In this document: piece by piece, positions 22,639 to 31,463 of the stretch | Position numbering within the stretch: position 1 is the first letter of the stretch | How the letters are laid out: each line of letters starts with the position of its first letter | Origin: Candidatus Polarisedimenticolaceae bacterium | GTDB taxonomy: Bacteria > Acidobacteriota > Polarisedimenticolia > Polarisedimenticolales > DASRJG01 | Assembly: GCA_035649595.1 (NCBI GenBank) | Contig: DASRJG010000082.1 | Span: 10,141 to 74,140, forward strand | Direction: 5' to 3' | Length of the DNA: 64,000 bases | Position numbers and translations under genes: made by a program | The notes under the pieces: generated by a model | Told to the model about the DNA's origin: nothing | Database searches by the model: none | What the model saw: the letters and a program-made list of their open reading frames with translations, nothing else

Positions 22639-23256
22639 TCACCCGCGTTCCGCCCCTTCCATGCGCGCGTAGAGATCGTCGCCGACGTCCCGGAAGAGCG
22701 CGGGGAGGGCTTCGAGCGGAAGCCCGACGACGTTGCTCCAGGATCCCTCGATCCCCTCCGAGAGGAAGACGCCGCGTCCCTGGATCCCGTAGGCGCCCGC
22801 CTTGTCCAGAGGCTCGCCCGTCGCCGCGTACCAGCTCGCGACCCGAGGGTCCCACCGCCGAAAGCGCACGCGCGTCTGCGTCACGCTCGCGGCGACGCGG
22901 CCGTCGTCGCCGCGGACGAGGCGGCACGCGGTGATCACCTCGTGCGTCGCGCCGGCGAGCCGCTTCAGCATCGCGAGCGCGTCGGCCCCGTCGCGGGGCT
23001 TCCCGAAGATCGTCCCGTCGAGCGCGACCACGGTGTCCGCCGCGAGCACGAGCGCCGCGATCCCCTCGTCGCGCAGCGCCGCGGCCGCGGCCGCGGCCTT
23101 CGCCGCGGCGAGGCGCACCGCGACCGAGGCCGGGGACTCCCCCTCGTGAGGCGACTCGTCGATCGCGACGGGGCGCACGCCGAAAGCGAGCCCGATCGCC
23201 TCCATCAGCTCCCGTCGCCGCGGGGAAGCGGAGGCGAGGTAGAGCGGGGGGGACAC
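22639..23256 (-). CDS. maf: Maf-like nucleoside triphosphate pyrophosphatase
   Basis: LYLASASPRRRELM, DTVVALDG, GKP, KAGAYGIQG and the length (about 200 aa). Confidence 0.88.
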   Translation of the reverse strand: MSPPLYLASASPRRRELMEAIGLAFGVRPVAIDESPHEGESPASVAVRLAAAKAAAAAAALRDEGIAALVLAADTVVALDGTIFGKPRDGADALAMLKRLAGATHEVITACRLVRGDDGRVAASVTQTRVRFRRWDPRVASWYAATGEPLDKAGAYGIQGRGVFLSEGIEGSWSNVVGLPLEALPALFRDVGDDLYARMEGAERG

Positions 23257-23281
23257 GGTGGCACCTCCGAGAAGGGCTCCT

Positions 23282-23287
23282 TATAAT
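23282..23287 (+). promoter_or_regulatory. Putative -10 box (TATAAT, TATAATCC context)
   Basis: Perfect TATAAT 35 nt upstream of the ATG at 23322. Same TATAATCC octamer as at 4662 and 32950. Confidence 0.35.
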
Positions 23288-23321
23288 CCCTCGATTCACC
23301 GCGCTGCAACGCGGTGGGAGG

Positions 23322-24398
23322 GTGCATCCGATGACAGCCAGCCTGCGCGGTTTCACGCGTCTCCTTCTCCTTCTGGCCGCGACCGGAGGCGCTCTCGCCG
23401 AGACGCACGCCCCGCCGCCGCCGCGCCTTCTCGAGGTCCCCCAGGGGGCGCTCGTCGCGCCGGGGAAGGCGGCCGAGCTCGAGCTGCTCTTCACCGGCGA
23501 CGTGATCGGCTACATCGAGGACTGCGGGTGCAAGCTCAACCCGGCCGGCGGTCTCGCGCGCCGCGCGTGGCTCCTCAACCAGATCAAGACCAACTACCCG
23601 TCCACCCCCGTCGTGCTCCTCGACTCCGGGAACTACACCGACAATCCCACGGAGGCGGGGGAGATCCGCACGGCGGCGCTGCTCGATGCGATGGTGAAGC
23701 TCGGCTACAAGGCGGCGAACGTCGGCGACCGCGACCTCACGCTCGGCTACGAGGAATTCCAGAAGAAGGTCAAGGGGCTCGACCTCGCGTTCGTCTCGAC
23801 GAACATCGTGAAGGAGGGGACGACCGAGACCGTCTTCCCGCCCTACACGATCGTCGAGGTCAAGGGGACCAGCGGGAAGCCGGTGCGGATCGGCGTGCTG
23901 GGGCTCCTCCGCTACAGCCCGGTCTGGCAGAAGGCCGGCCCGGCGGGGACGAACCTCGCGGTCGCGCAGCCCGCCGAGATGCTGCGGCGCGTGCTCCCCG
24001 AGGTGAGCGCGAAGTCGGACCTCGTCGTCGTGCTCGCCTCCCTCTCGAAGGAGGACGCGCACGAGCTCGCGAAGCAGTTCCAGGACATCGACCTCCTGCT
24101 CGGGACCTACGGGGGGATCTACAACACCGTCGAGGAGAACGAGGGGCGGGTCCGGATCTACTACTCGGGGAACCAGGGGAAGCGGATCGGCGAGAGCCGC
24201 ATCACCTTCGACGCCAAGCGGAACCTCGCCGACGTGACGACCTACATGCACTTCCTCACCGCGCGCTACCCGGACGACAAGGCGATGCACGAGACCGTCG
24301 CGGCCGTCAACGAGAAGCTGCCGAAGCCGCCCGAGCCGGAAAAGGCACAGGCGCCGCAGAAGCTCGCGATCGCGCCCCCGAGCCCGGGCGGGCAGTGA
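23322..24398 (+). CDS. Secreted metallophosphoesterase / 5'-nucleotidase-like protein (atypical N-terminal motif)
   Basis: Signal peptide, then LLFTGDVIGYIEDCGCKLNPAGGLARR where calcineurin-like enzymes have xxHTNDxHG. The later GNYTD and ANVGDRD motifs also resemble that fold. Assignment tentative. Confidence 0.4.
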   Translation: MHPMTASLRGFTRLLLLLAATGGALAETHAPPPPRLLEVPQGALVAPGKAAELELLFTGDVIGYIEDCGCKLNPAGGLARRAWLLNQIKTNYPSTPVVLLDSGNYTDNPTEAGEIRTAALLDAMVKLGYKAANVGDRDLTLGYEEFQKKVKGLDLAFVSTNIVKEGTTETVFPPYTIVEVKGTSGKPVRIGVLGLLRYSPVWQKAGPAGTNLAVAQPAEMLRRVLPEVSAKSDLVVVLASLSKEDAHELAKQFQDIDLLLGTYGGIYNTVEENEGRVRIYYSGNQGKRIGESRITFDAKRNLADVTTYMHFLTARYPDDKAMHETVAAVNEKLPKPPEPEKAQAPQKLAIAPPSPGGQ

Positions 24399-24841
24399 CC
24401 GACGGGCCCGGCCGCGTTCTCGCCCTCGATCTCGGGAGCGTCCGCGTCGGGCTCGCGCTGTCCGATCCCCTGCGGCTGACCGCGCAGCCGGCCGGATATC
24501 TGGCGCGGCGCGAGCTGCGCCGGAGCCTCGAGCCGGTCCTCACGATCATCCGCGCGCAGGAGGTCGGCACCGTGGTCGTCGGGCGGCCTCTCCTCCTGTC
24601 CGGGGAGGCCGGCGACGCCGCGCGCGACGCCGAGGCTTTCGCGGCGCGCCTCCGCGAGCGCGCCCCCTGTCCCGTCGCGCTCTGGGACGAGCGTCTGACG
24701 ACCGTTCAGGCCGAGCGCGCGCTGCTCGAGGGGGACGTCCGCCGCGCGAAGCGCCGCGAGGTGATCGACGCGGCCGCCGCCGCGATCCTGCTCCAGAGCT
24801 GGCTCGACCGCGAAGGTCAGCGGGTGTCGTCCTCGACGTAA
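24395..24841 (+). CDS. ruvX: Holliday-junction resolvase-like RuvX (YqgF)
   Basis: RVLALDLGSVRVGLALSD, GRPL...GEAG and DERLTTVQAER motifs. The GTG overlaps the upstream stop (GTGA). Confidence 0.85.
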   Translation: MTDGPGRVLALDLGSVRVGLALSDPLRLTAQPAGYLARRELRRSLEPVLTIIRAQEVGTVVVGRPLLLSGEAGDAARDAEAFAARLRERAPCPVALWDERLTTVQAERALLEGDVRRAKRREVIDAAAAAILLQSWLDREGQRVSSST

Positions 24842-25053
24842 ACCGGCTTCGGCGGGATGCCGTGGAAGTTGATCTCGCGCCGCCGGATCTGATCGGCGAG
24901 CAGCTCGTTGATCACGCCCCGCTCGTTGATCTCGCCCCGCTTGAGAGCGTCGTAGTGGAAGCGGCAGAACCCCTCGAGGTAGACCGGGTCCCGGCAGAAC
25001 TCCGATCCGCCGTTGCTCGTGCGGAAGCGGCAGTGACGTGCGGGCGTCGTCAT
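24817..25053 (-). CDS. Small Cys/His-rich hypothetical protein (78 aa)
   Basis: MTTPARHCRFRTSNGGSEFCRDPVYLEGFCRFHYDAL... with strongly G/C-biased third codon positions. An internal ATG was chosen because the longer ORF runs into the intergenic region. Its 3' end overlaps ruvX by 25 nt. Confidence 0.5.
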   Translation of the reverse strand: MTTPARHCRFRTSNGGSEFCRDPVYLEGFCRFHYDALKRGEINERGVINELLADQIRRREINFHGIPPKPVYVEDDTR

Positions 25054-25374
25054 CGCGGCGCGCAGTATAGCGGTCGCGGCCGTTACCCCGATGACCAAAC
25101 CGTCGAGCGCTCCGGCACGCGCGATCCCGACAACGCCGAAGGTCCGGACCGCGGTCGCGGAACCTCCGCGTCCCCGCGCGCTGGCCGCGTCCTTGCACTG
25201 CATTCGGCCGACCCCCAGCCCCGGCTACGTGCCGGGCACACCGAGGCGCCGACCGATCCGTCGCTTCGGGGCCGGGCCGGGACGTCGACGAGGTCCACCC
25301 CCCCTCCCGCGGAGGTTGCCCCCCTCCCGGCGGTCCTCGGAGGCGTTCCGGTCCGGCGTCTTTTTTTTTCCCGC

Positions 25375-25380
25375 TAGAAT
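25375..25380 (+). promoter_or_regulatory. Putative -10 box (TAGAAT), possible leaderless start
   Basis: TAGAAT ends 7 nt before the ATG at 25388 and is preceded by a T9 run (25361-25369). Confidence 0.3.
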
Positions 25381-25387
25381 GCGCCGG

Positions 25388-25699
25388 ATGGAGACGGAGC
25401 GTCGCGCGCGCGGGTTCGAGCGTCTGGGGATCGCGGGGGCGCGCTCGTTCGGGCTGTCCGCATCGCGCCGCCGGAGCCTCGAGATCGAATCCGCGTGGCG
25501 CCGCGTGGCCGGTCCGTCGATCGCGCGTCGCGTGCGCGTGACCGCGCTCGACCGGGGCGTGCTCGAAGTCCGCGTGGAGTCGGCCGACTGGCGTCGAGCG
25601 ATCGAGCGGCTGGCTCCGGAGCTCTCGGCGCGGCTCGCGCGGGAATTCCCGTCCCTCGGGATCGCGGACCTGCGCATCATTGACGCCCCTCCGCGCTGA
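25388..25699 (+). CDS. DUF721 (DciA-like) protein
   Basis: ESAWRRVAGPSIARRVRVTALDRGVLEVRVESADWRRAIERLAPELSARL fits the DUF721 pattern (W..vvG...a.h..p..l..g.L.v.v.s..w). An in-frame ATG at 25379 is also possible. Confidence 0.55.
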   Translation: METERRARGFERLGIAGARSFGLSASRRRSLEIESAWRRVAGPSIARRVRVTALDRGVLEVRVESADWRRAIERLAPELSARLAREFPSLGIADLRIIDAPPR

Positions 25700-25739
25700 C
25701 CGTATCCTTGGCGATCGTTTTGTCCGAAAGCGAGCAAGG

Positions 25740-26678
25740 ATGATTTCCGTCGATCGCCTCACGAAGGTCTACGGCGGCCGCGTGGCGGTCTGGCAGGTCT
25801 CCCTCGAGGTGCAGCCCGGCGAGATCCTCGGCTTCCTCGGCCCCAACGGCGCGGGGAAGACGACGACGATGCGGATGATCACCGGGTTCATCCCGCCGTC
25901 GTCGGGGACGGCGCGGATCGCCGGCCACGACATCCTCACGCAGCCCCTCGAGGCGAAGGCGAAGCTCGGCTATCTCTGCGAGACCCCTCCGGTCTACCGC
26001 GAGATGATCGTGAGGAGCTACCTCGGGTTCGTCGCCGACATCAAGCGGGTCCCGCGCGCGCGCCGCGCCGCGCTGATCGACCGCGCGATCGGCCAGTGCG
26101 GGCTGACCGAGGTCGCGCACCGCGTGATCGGGCACCTGTCGAAGGGGTACCGCCAGCGCGTGGGGCTCGCGCAGGCGATCCTGCACCAGCCCAAGGTGCT
26201 GATCCTCGACGAGCCGACCGTCGGGCTCGACCCGCGTCAGATCATCGAGATCCGCGAGGTCATCCGCGGGCTCGCGGGGGAGCAGACGGTCGTGCTGTCC
26301 ACGCACATCCTCCCCGAGGTGCAGATGACCTGCTCGCGCGTGGCGATCATCAACGAAGGCCAGGTCGTCGCGGAGGACTCGATCGACAACCTGACCGCGG
26401 GCCTCTCGCGGTTCCAGACCCTTCGCGTCCGGGTCGCCCGCGACGCCGACGGGCTCGCAGCGGGGTTCGCTTCGCTCCCGGGGGTGGCCGAGGCGATCGT
26501 CGAGGCGCCCGGGTCGTACGCGATCCGCGTGGAAGGGGGAGACCCGGCTCGGGAGCGGGTCGCCGCATTCGCGATCGCGTCGGGCGCCGGGCTGCTCGAG
26601 CTGTCGCGCCAGCGGGCGAGCCTCGAGGAGGTGTTCCTCAAGCTCGTGACCGAGGAGCGGGCGGAGGCGGCGGCGTGA
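25740..26678 (+). CDS. ABC transporter ATP-binding protein (ABC-2 / GldA-like)
   Basis: Walker A GPNGAGKTT, signature LSKGYRQRVGLA and Walker B LILDEPTVGLD. Confidence 0.9.
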   Translation: MISVDRLTKVYGGRVAVWQVSLEVQPGEILGFLGPNGAGKTTTMRMITGFIPPSSGTARIAGHDILTQPLEAKAKLGYLCETPPVYREMIVRSYLGFVADIKRVPRARRAALIDRAIGQCGLTEVAHRVIGHLSKGYRQRVGLAQAILHQPKVLILDEPTVGLDPRQIIEIREVIRGLAGEQTVVLSTHILPEVQMTCSRVAIINEGQVVAEDSIDNLTAGLSRFQTLRVRVARDADGLAAGFASLPGVAEAIVEAPGSYAIRVEGGDPARERVAAFAIASGAGLLELSRQRASLEEVFLKLVTEERAEAAA

Positions 26679-27439
26679 GCAGCGTCTGGGCGGTGATGCG
26701 CCGGGAGATCTCGGCCTATTTCGTCTCTCCGATCGCCTATGCGTTCATGGCGATGTTCCTCCTGATCGTGGCGGTCGGGTTCTCCGTCGGCGTCACGCGC
26801 TACGCGCTGACGCCGGCGTCGCGGATCGAGGCCCTCGGTCTTTCGCTGCGCACCCAGCTCGTCTCGGGGACCTGGGGGCTGATGACCTGGGGGATGTTCG
26901 CCTCGCTCGTCTCACTCCCCGGATTGTCGATGCGCCTGCTCTCCGAAGAGAAGAAGTCCGGCACGGCCGAGCTCCTGTTCACCTCGCCGGTGACCACGAT
27001 GCAGATCGTCGCGGGGAAGTACCTCGGCTCGGTGTCGCTCTTCGGCCTGATCCTCTTGCTCACGCTCCCGATGCCGATGTTCCTCGTCTGGCGCGCGCAG
27101 CCGGAGATCGCCGCGCTGGCCGCCGCCTACGCCGGGCTCTTCCTCTACGGCGCCGTGATCCTCGCGGTGGGGATCTTCGCCTCCTCGCTGACCGAGAACC
27201 AGTTCATCGCGCTCCTGCTGACGTACGCGGTCGTGATTCCGCTGCTGCTCGTCGAGTTCCTGGTTCCGTTCCTCCGGCCGCCGTTCGACGGGGTCGCAGC
27301 GGCGCTGTCGGTCGGGTACGCCCTGAAGGGCTCGGCTCTGGGGAGCCTCGATTCCGCGTACCTCATCCTGCACGCGGTCCTGGTGTCGACGTTCCTGTTC
27401 CTGTCGGTGCGGATCATCGACTCCAGCCGGTGGCGCTGA
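26675..27439 (+). CDS. ABC-2 type transporter permease (GldF-like)
   Basis: Six TM helices, N-terminal REISAYFVSPIAYAF and SEEKKSGTAELLFTSP, both typical of ABC-2 permeases. GTGA overlap with the ATPase gene. Confidence 0.75.
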   Translation: MSSVWAVMRREISAYFVSPIAYAFMAMFLLIVAVGFSVGVTRYALTPASRIEALGLSLRTQLVSGTWGLMTWGMFASLVSLPGLSMRLLSEEKKSGTAELLFTSPVTTMQIVAGKYLGSVSLFGLILLLTLPMPMFLVWRAQPEIAALAAAYAGLFLYGAVILAVGIFASSLTENQFIALLLTYAVVIPLLLVEFLVPFLRPPFDGVAAALSVGYALKGSALGSLDSAYLILHAVLVSTFLFLSVRIIDSSRWR

Positions 27440-28824
27440 CCGTGAGCGTCACCCCTCGCGACGAGCTCTCCGCGCGCGCGGGCGTCGATCTGTCGAGGCT
27501 CGCCCGGCAAGGGGCGGGATCGGCGGTCTACACCGCCCTCGTTCTCCTGTCGCTCGGGCTCGCCGTCGCGCTCGCGTTCAACTTCCGGGCGACCTGGGAC
27601 TTCAGCAAGCAGCGCGCGAACAGCCTCTCCCCCAAGACGCTCGAGGCGCTCGCGGGACTGGAGGCGCCCGTCGCCGTGCACGGCCTGCTCCGCGACGCCG
27701 ACCGGCGGCGCGACGGCTATTGGGACCTGCTGCAGCTCTACGGGCGCAAGAGCGATCGCGTCAGCGTCGAGATCTTCGATCCCAACAGCCGGCCGGCGGC
27801 GCTCGAGAAGCTCGGGCTCTCCGCGGAGGACCGGAACACGATCCGCGACGGGATCAGCGTCGCCACCTGCGGCGACCGGAAGGTGCTCTTCCGCGGCATG
27901 GGCGAGGAGGACGTGACCAACGCGATCCTCGAGGCGGGCTCGAGCCGGCCGCGCGTGATCGGCTTCATCCGCGGCTACGGCGAGCGGGACCCGAACTCGA
28001 CCGCGGACGCGGGGTTGAGCCGCTTCCGGGACGCGCTCCGCGGGGAGTACTACGAGATCGCCGACGTCCGGCTCGACGCGCCGATCCCGGAGGTCACCGC
28101 GCTGGTCGCGGCGGGGCCGGAGGCGCCGATCCCGCAGGCGGACCTCGACCGTCTCGGCGAGTGGCTCTCCCAGGGGGGACGCCTCCTCGCGCTGATCGAT
28201 CCGCGCTACGACAGCGGCCTCGGCACGGTCGTGGAGCGCTGGGGGCTCAAGGCCGACCCCGCGCAGGTCTTCGACCGCCGGTCGAACCTCCGCGGCCAGC
28301 CGGAGATCCCGCTCGGCACCGACTACTCGCAGCACGCCGCGGTACGCGGATTCTCGGCGGCCCTCCCCCTCGCGCTCCCGATCCCGGTGGCGGTGGAGGA
28401 CTTCGACGCGAGCGATCCGGCGCTGTTCCACGAGTTCCTGGTCAAGTCCTCCCGGAACTCGGAGGGGCTCACCCCCGAGGGCACGCGCACGCAGGGACCG
28501 TTCACGCTGGCCGCCGCCTCCTGGAGGCCGGTCGATCCGAAGGTCGCCGAGGGGAGCGAGACGCGCGTGCTCCTCGTCGGCAACGTCGCCTTCGCGACGA
28601 ACGGCTTCCTCGCGGAGGCCTCGAACCGCAACTTCCTCCTCAACGGCGTCGGCTGGCTCTCGCGGTCCCGCGCGATGATCGCGATCCGCCAGGATCCGCT
28701 CGGAGGGCAGGTGCTCAAGCTGCGGAAGGGAGACTTCAACGTCTTCCAGGCGCTGCTCGTGGGCCCGCTGCTCGCCGTGATCCTGTCGGGGATCGTGGTC
28801 TTCGTCCGGAGGCGCGGGCTGTAG
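27430..28824 (+). CDS. GldG-family ABC-transporter auxiliary protein
   Basis: N- and C-terminal TM anchors and the conserved segment TRVLLVGNVAFATNGFL...NRNFLLNGVGWLS. Confidence 0.75.
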   Translation: MALTVSVTPRDELSARAGVDLSRLARQGAGSAVYTALVLLSLGLAVALAFNFRATWDFSKQRANSLSPKTLEALAGLEAPVAVHGLLRDADRRRDGYWDLLQLYGRKSDRVSVEIFDPNSRPAALEKLGLSAEDRNTIRDGISVATCGDRKVLFRGMGEEDVTNAILEAGSSRPRVIGFIRGYGERDPNSTADAGLSRFRDALRGEYYEIADVRLDAPIPEVTALVAAGPEAPIPQADLDRLGEWLSQGGRLLALIDPRYDSGLGTVVERWGLKADPAQVFDRRSNLRGQPEIPLGTDYSQHAAVRGFSAALPLALPIPVAVEDFDASDPALFHEFLVKSSRNSEGLTPEGTRTQGPFTLAAASWRPVDPKVAEGSETRVLLVGNVAFATNGFLAEASNRNFLLNGVGWLSRSRAMIAIRQDPLGGQVLKLRKGDFNVFQALLVGPLLAVILSGIVVFVRRRGL

Positions 28825-30078
28825 ATGCTGCGCAGGATCGTCCTCGCGCTGGCCGCCGCCGGCCTGCTCGCGGCCGGATTCGCCCTCGTGCTGCGCGATC
28901 GGGACCGGTCGGCGCGCTCGGCGCGCGCCGACGCGAGGCTCCCCAGCTTCGACGACCGCCAGGTGACCGGCCTCACGCTCGCGACGCGGGAGGCGACCTG
29001 GCAGGTGACGCGCGACGGGGACCGCTGGCGGCTCGCCTCCCCGGTGGAGGACGCCGCCGACCCGAAGTCGGTGGAAGCGGTGATCGCGGCGGCGCGCCGC
29101 ACGCGCGTCGTTCAGGCGATCCAGGAGCCGGAGGCGCTGAGCGCGTACGGGCTCGATCCGCCGGTCGCGACGCTGACGCTCGCGGGGGTGACCGTGCCGG
29201 CGCTCTCGATCGGGCAGGTCGCGCCGACCGGGGAGGCGGTTTACGCCCGCGTGGCCGAGCGCGCGGGGGTGCTGCTGCTCGCGATGCCCGACGCAGCGCC
29301 GCTGGTCGCCGACCCGATCATGCTCCGCGACCGGACGATCGTCGATCTCGCGCGGAGCGAGATCGACGCGATCGAGATCGAGCCGGGGTCGCTGCGCATC
29401 GCGCGGAATCCCGGGGGATGGTGGATCGAGTCCCCGCGCCGCGCGCCGGCCTCGACCTCCCAGGTGGACAAGCTGCTCGGTGGCCTCTACGCGGCGAAGG
29501 TCGCGGAGTGGGACGACAGGGGCCGACCCTCCGATCCGCGATTCGGTCTCGGAGCGGGCGCGACGCGCGTCGTGCTCCGCTACGGCTCGGCGTCGTGCGC
29601 CGTGCTCCTCGGCGCCGACGCGGGGGGCGGCCGGCGCTTCGTCGCGGTCGAGGGGCGTAAGCCGATCCTCCTCGTGCAGCCCGCGCCGCTCGCGACCGGG
29701 ACGATCGATGCCGCGAGCCTTCGCGAAAGCCGCCTGACCAACGTCAACCGCTACGCGGTGACCCGCATGACCTACGAGGCGGGGGACGCGCGGCTCGTGG
29801 CGAACCGCGCCGACGAGGCGTCCTGGACGATGGAAGGCGGGAAGAGCGTCGCGGCGGAGACCGTGCTCGCCCTGCTGGTGAAGATCCTCGAGGCGCCGAC
29901 CAAGGGATGGAGCGACGGCGGCGCCGTGGGGAAGCCCACCGCGCAGCTGACCTATGCCGTCGAGGGAGGCGGAGAAGGGCGCGTGGCGTTCTACGGGAGC
30001 CGCGCGACCTGGGACGCGGTTCCCGGGGCGGTCGCCGAGCTCGTCGCGCCTCCGCCCGCCGTGCCCGCGCCTCAGTAG
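28825..30078 (+). CDS. DUF4340-like protein
   Basis: N-terminal anchor with repeated beta-rich modules. Sits immediately downstream of the GldG-type gene, as is typical for DUF4340. Assignment relies mainly on context. Confidence 0.5.
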   Translation: MLRRIVLALAAAGLLAAGFALVLRDRDRSARSARADARLPSFDDRQVTGLTLATREATWQVTRDGDRWRLASPVEDAADPKSVEAVIAAARRTRVVQAIQEPEALSAYGLDPPVATLTLAGVTVPALSIGQVAPTGEAVYARVAERAGVLLLAMPDAAPLVADPIMLRDRTIVDLARSEIDAIEIEPGSLRIARNPGGWWIESPRRAPASTSQVDKLLGGLYAAKVAEWDDRGRPSDPRFGLGAGATRVVLRYGSASCAVLLGADAGGGRRFVAVEGRKPILLVQPAPLATGTIDAASLRESRLTNVNRYAVTRMTYEAGDARLVANRADEASWTMEGGKSVAAETVLALLVKILEAPTKGWSDGGAVGKPTAQLTYAVEGGGEGRVAFYGSRATWDAVPGAVAELVAPPPAVPAPQ

Positions 30079-31463
30079 CGGAGGGTGGCGATCCCGAGCA
30101 GCACGCGGCGGTCGGCGGCGAACCATTGCTCGTCGTGGCGGGCCTCCACGCGCACCTCCCATCCCCGGGGAAGGAGGGCGCCCGCGGCGTAGGCGCTCCC
30201 GCCGACGTCCCCCCGCTCGAGCTCGGCCGAGACGAAGACGTGAGACGCGCCGATCGCGGGGGAGGCGAGCCGCAGGCCTCCGCGCGCCTGCCACCACGTG
30301 TCCTCGCCGAAGGCGCTGTCGATCAGCCACCCGGCGCGAGCGGAGAGGTCGAGCCAGCCCGCGCGGCCGAGCGCCCATCCGGGCTCGGCGCGGTTCCACC
30401 CCGCCGACTCGATCCCGGCCTCCAGGACGTTGAGGCTCGTCACGGTCGCGTTGTCCCCGTCGAGGACGTGGTTGGACCGGTGATGGAACCAGACTCCCGC
30501 GCGCCATCCGGAGAGCGCGCGCGCGAGCCCGGCGTCGTACAGGTAGAACAGGTCGTTCCGATCCTCCGCCGTGAGCACGTTCCCGTCCACCTCGATCGCG
30601 GCGTGGAGGCCGGCGAGGAACGGAGGCGTGGCGATGCGCAGGGCGAGACGGACGAACCCGCGTCCGTCCTCTCCTCCTCCGGCTCCGGCGAGGCCGCCGA
30701 TCTCCGGCGGCTCGGGGCGGGGCGCCGTCCCCGGCGGCCCCGCCGCGAAGTCGAACCCCCCGAGCACGCCGCTCTCGCCGATCCCGAGCGGGTTCTCCCC
30801 CGAGAGGTAGCGCGCGAAGAGGCCGAACCGGCGGTCGCCGCCGAGATCGAAGGCGAGGAGCGGACCGATCGAGAGGTCCGCGCCGCCGTCGGGGCCGAGC
30901 AGCGCGTCGGCCTCCGCCTCGAAGCCGATCGCCGCCGCGCGCGCGTCGCCGAAGGGATGGAGGTACCGGATCGATCCGGACACGGTCGCGCTCGCCTCGA
31001 CGCCGCGCTCCTCGAACACGCCCCCCGCCGCGACGCGCCCCGCCCAGCCGGCGGCGAACGGATCGTCGAGCGTCGACGACCGCCACCCAGCGCCGGCGAC
31101 CCTCACGCGGGCCCGCCCCGCGGCATCCACGAGCATCAGGCCGCGCTCCTCGACGAGCAGCTCGATCGCGCCGCGTCCCGGAAGCGGCCGCAGCGCCCCG
31201 ACGCCCCCGGCGTAGCTCACCTGATCGACCAGGAACGTGAAATCGGAGCGCGCCTTCTCGATCGCGGTGACGGCGGAGAGCGAGGCGAACACCTGCCAGG
31301 CTCCCGCCCGCGCGAGCGGGAGACGCGCCTCCATCGTTCCGACGAGGTCGAGGCGGTCGGAGGCGATCCACGCGAGCGACCCGCGGACGGTCAGCGCCTC
31401 CTCGGCCCGCGCCGCAGGCAGGGCGAGGGCGATCGCCAGGATCGCGACCGCGTGCCGCCTCAA
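30072..31463 (-). CDS. Outer-membrane beta-barrel protein, hypothetical
   Basis: Signal peptide (AILAIALALPAARAEE), alternating beta-strand pattern and a C-terminal ...GIATLRY aromatic terminus. The TTG start overlaps the upstream stop (TTGA). Confidence 0.5.
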   Translation of the reverse strand: MRRHAVAILAIALALPAARAEEALTVRGSLAWIASDRLDLVGTMEARLPLARAGAWQVFASLSAVTAIEKARSDFTFLVDQVSYAGGVGALRPLPGRGAIELLVEERGLMLVDAAGRARVRVAGAGWRSSTLDDPFAAGWAGRVAAGGVFEERGVEASATVSGSIRYLHPFGDARAAAIGFEAEADALLGPDGGADLSIGPLLAFDLGGDRRFGLFARYLSGENPLGIGESGVLGGFDFAAGPPGTAPRPEPPEIGGLAGAGGGEDGRGFVRLALRIATPPFLAGLHAAIEVDGNVLTAEDRNDLFYLYDAGLARALSGWRAGVWFHHRSNHVLDGDNATVTSLNVLEAGIESAGWNRAEPGWALGRAGWLDLSARAGWLIDSAFGEDTWWQARGGLRLASPAIGASHVFVSAELERGDVGGSAYAAGALLPRGWEVRVEARHDEQWFAADRRVLLGIATLRY

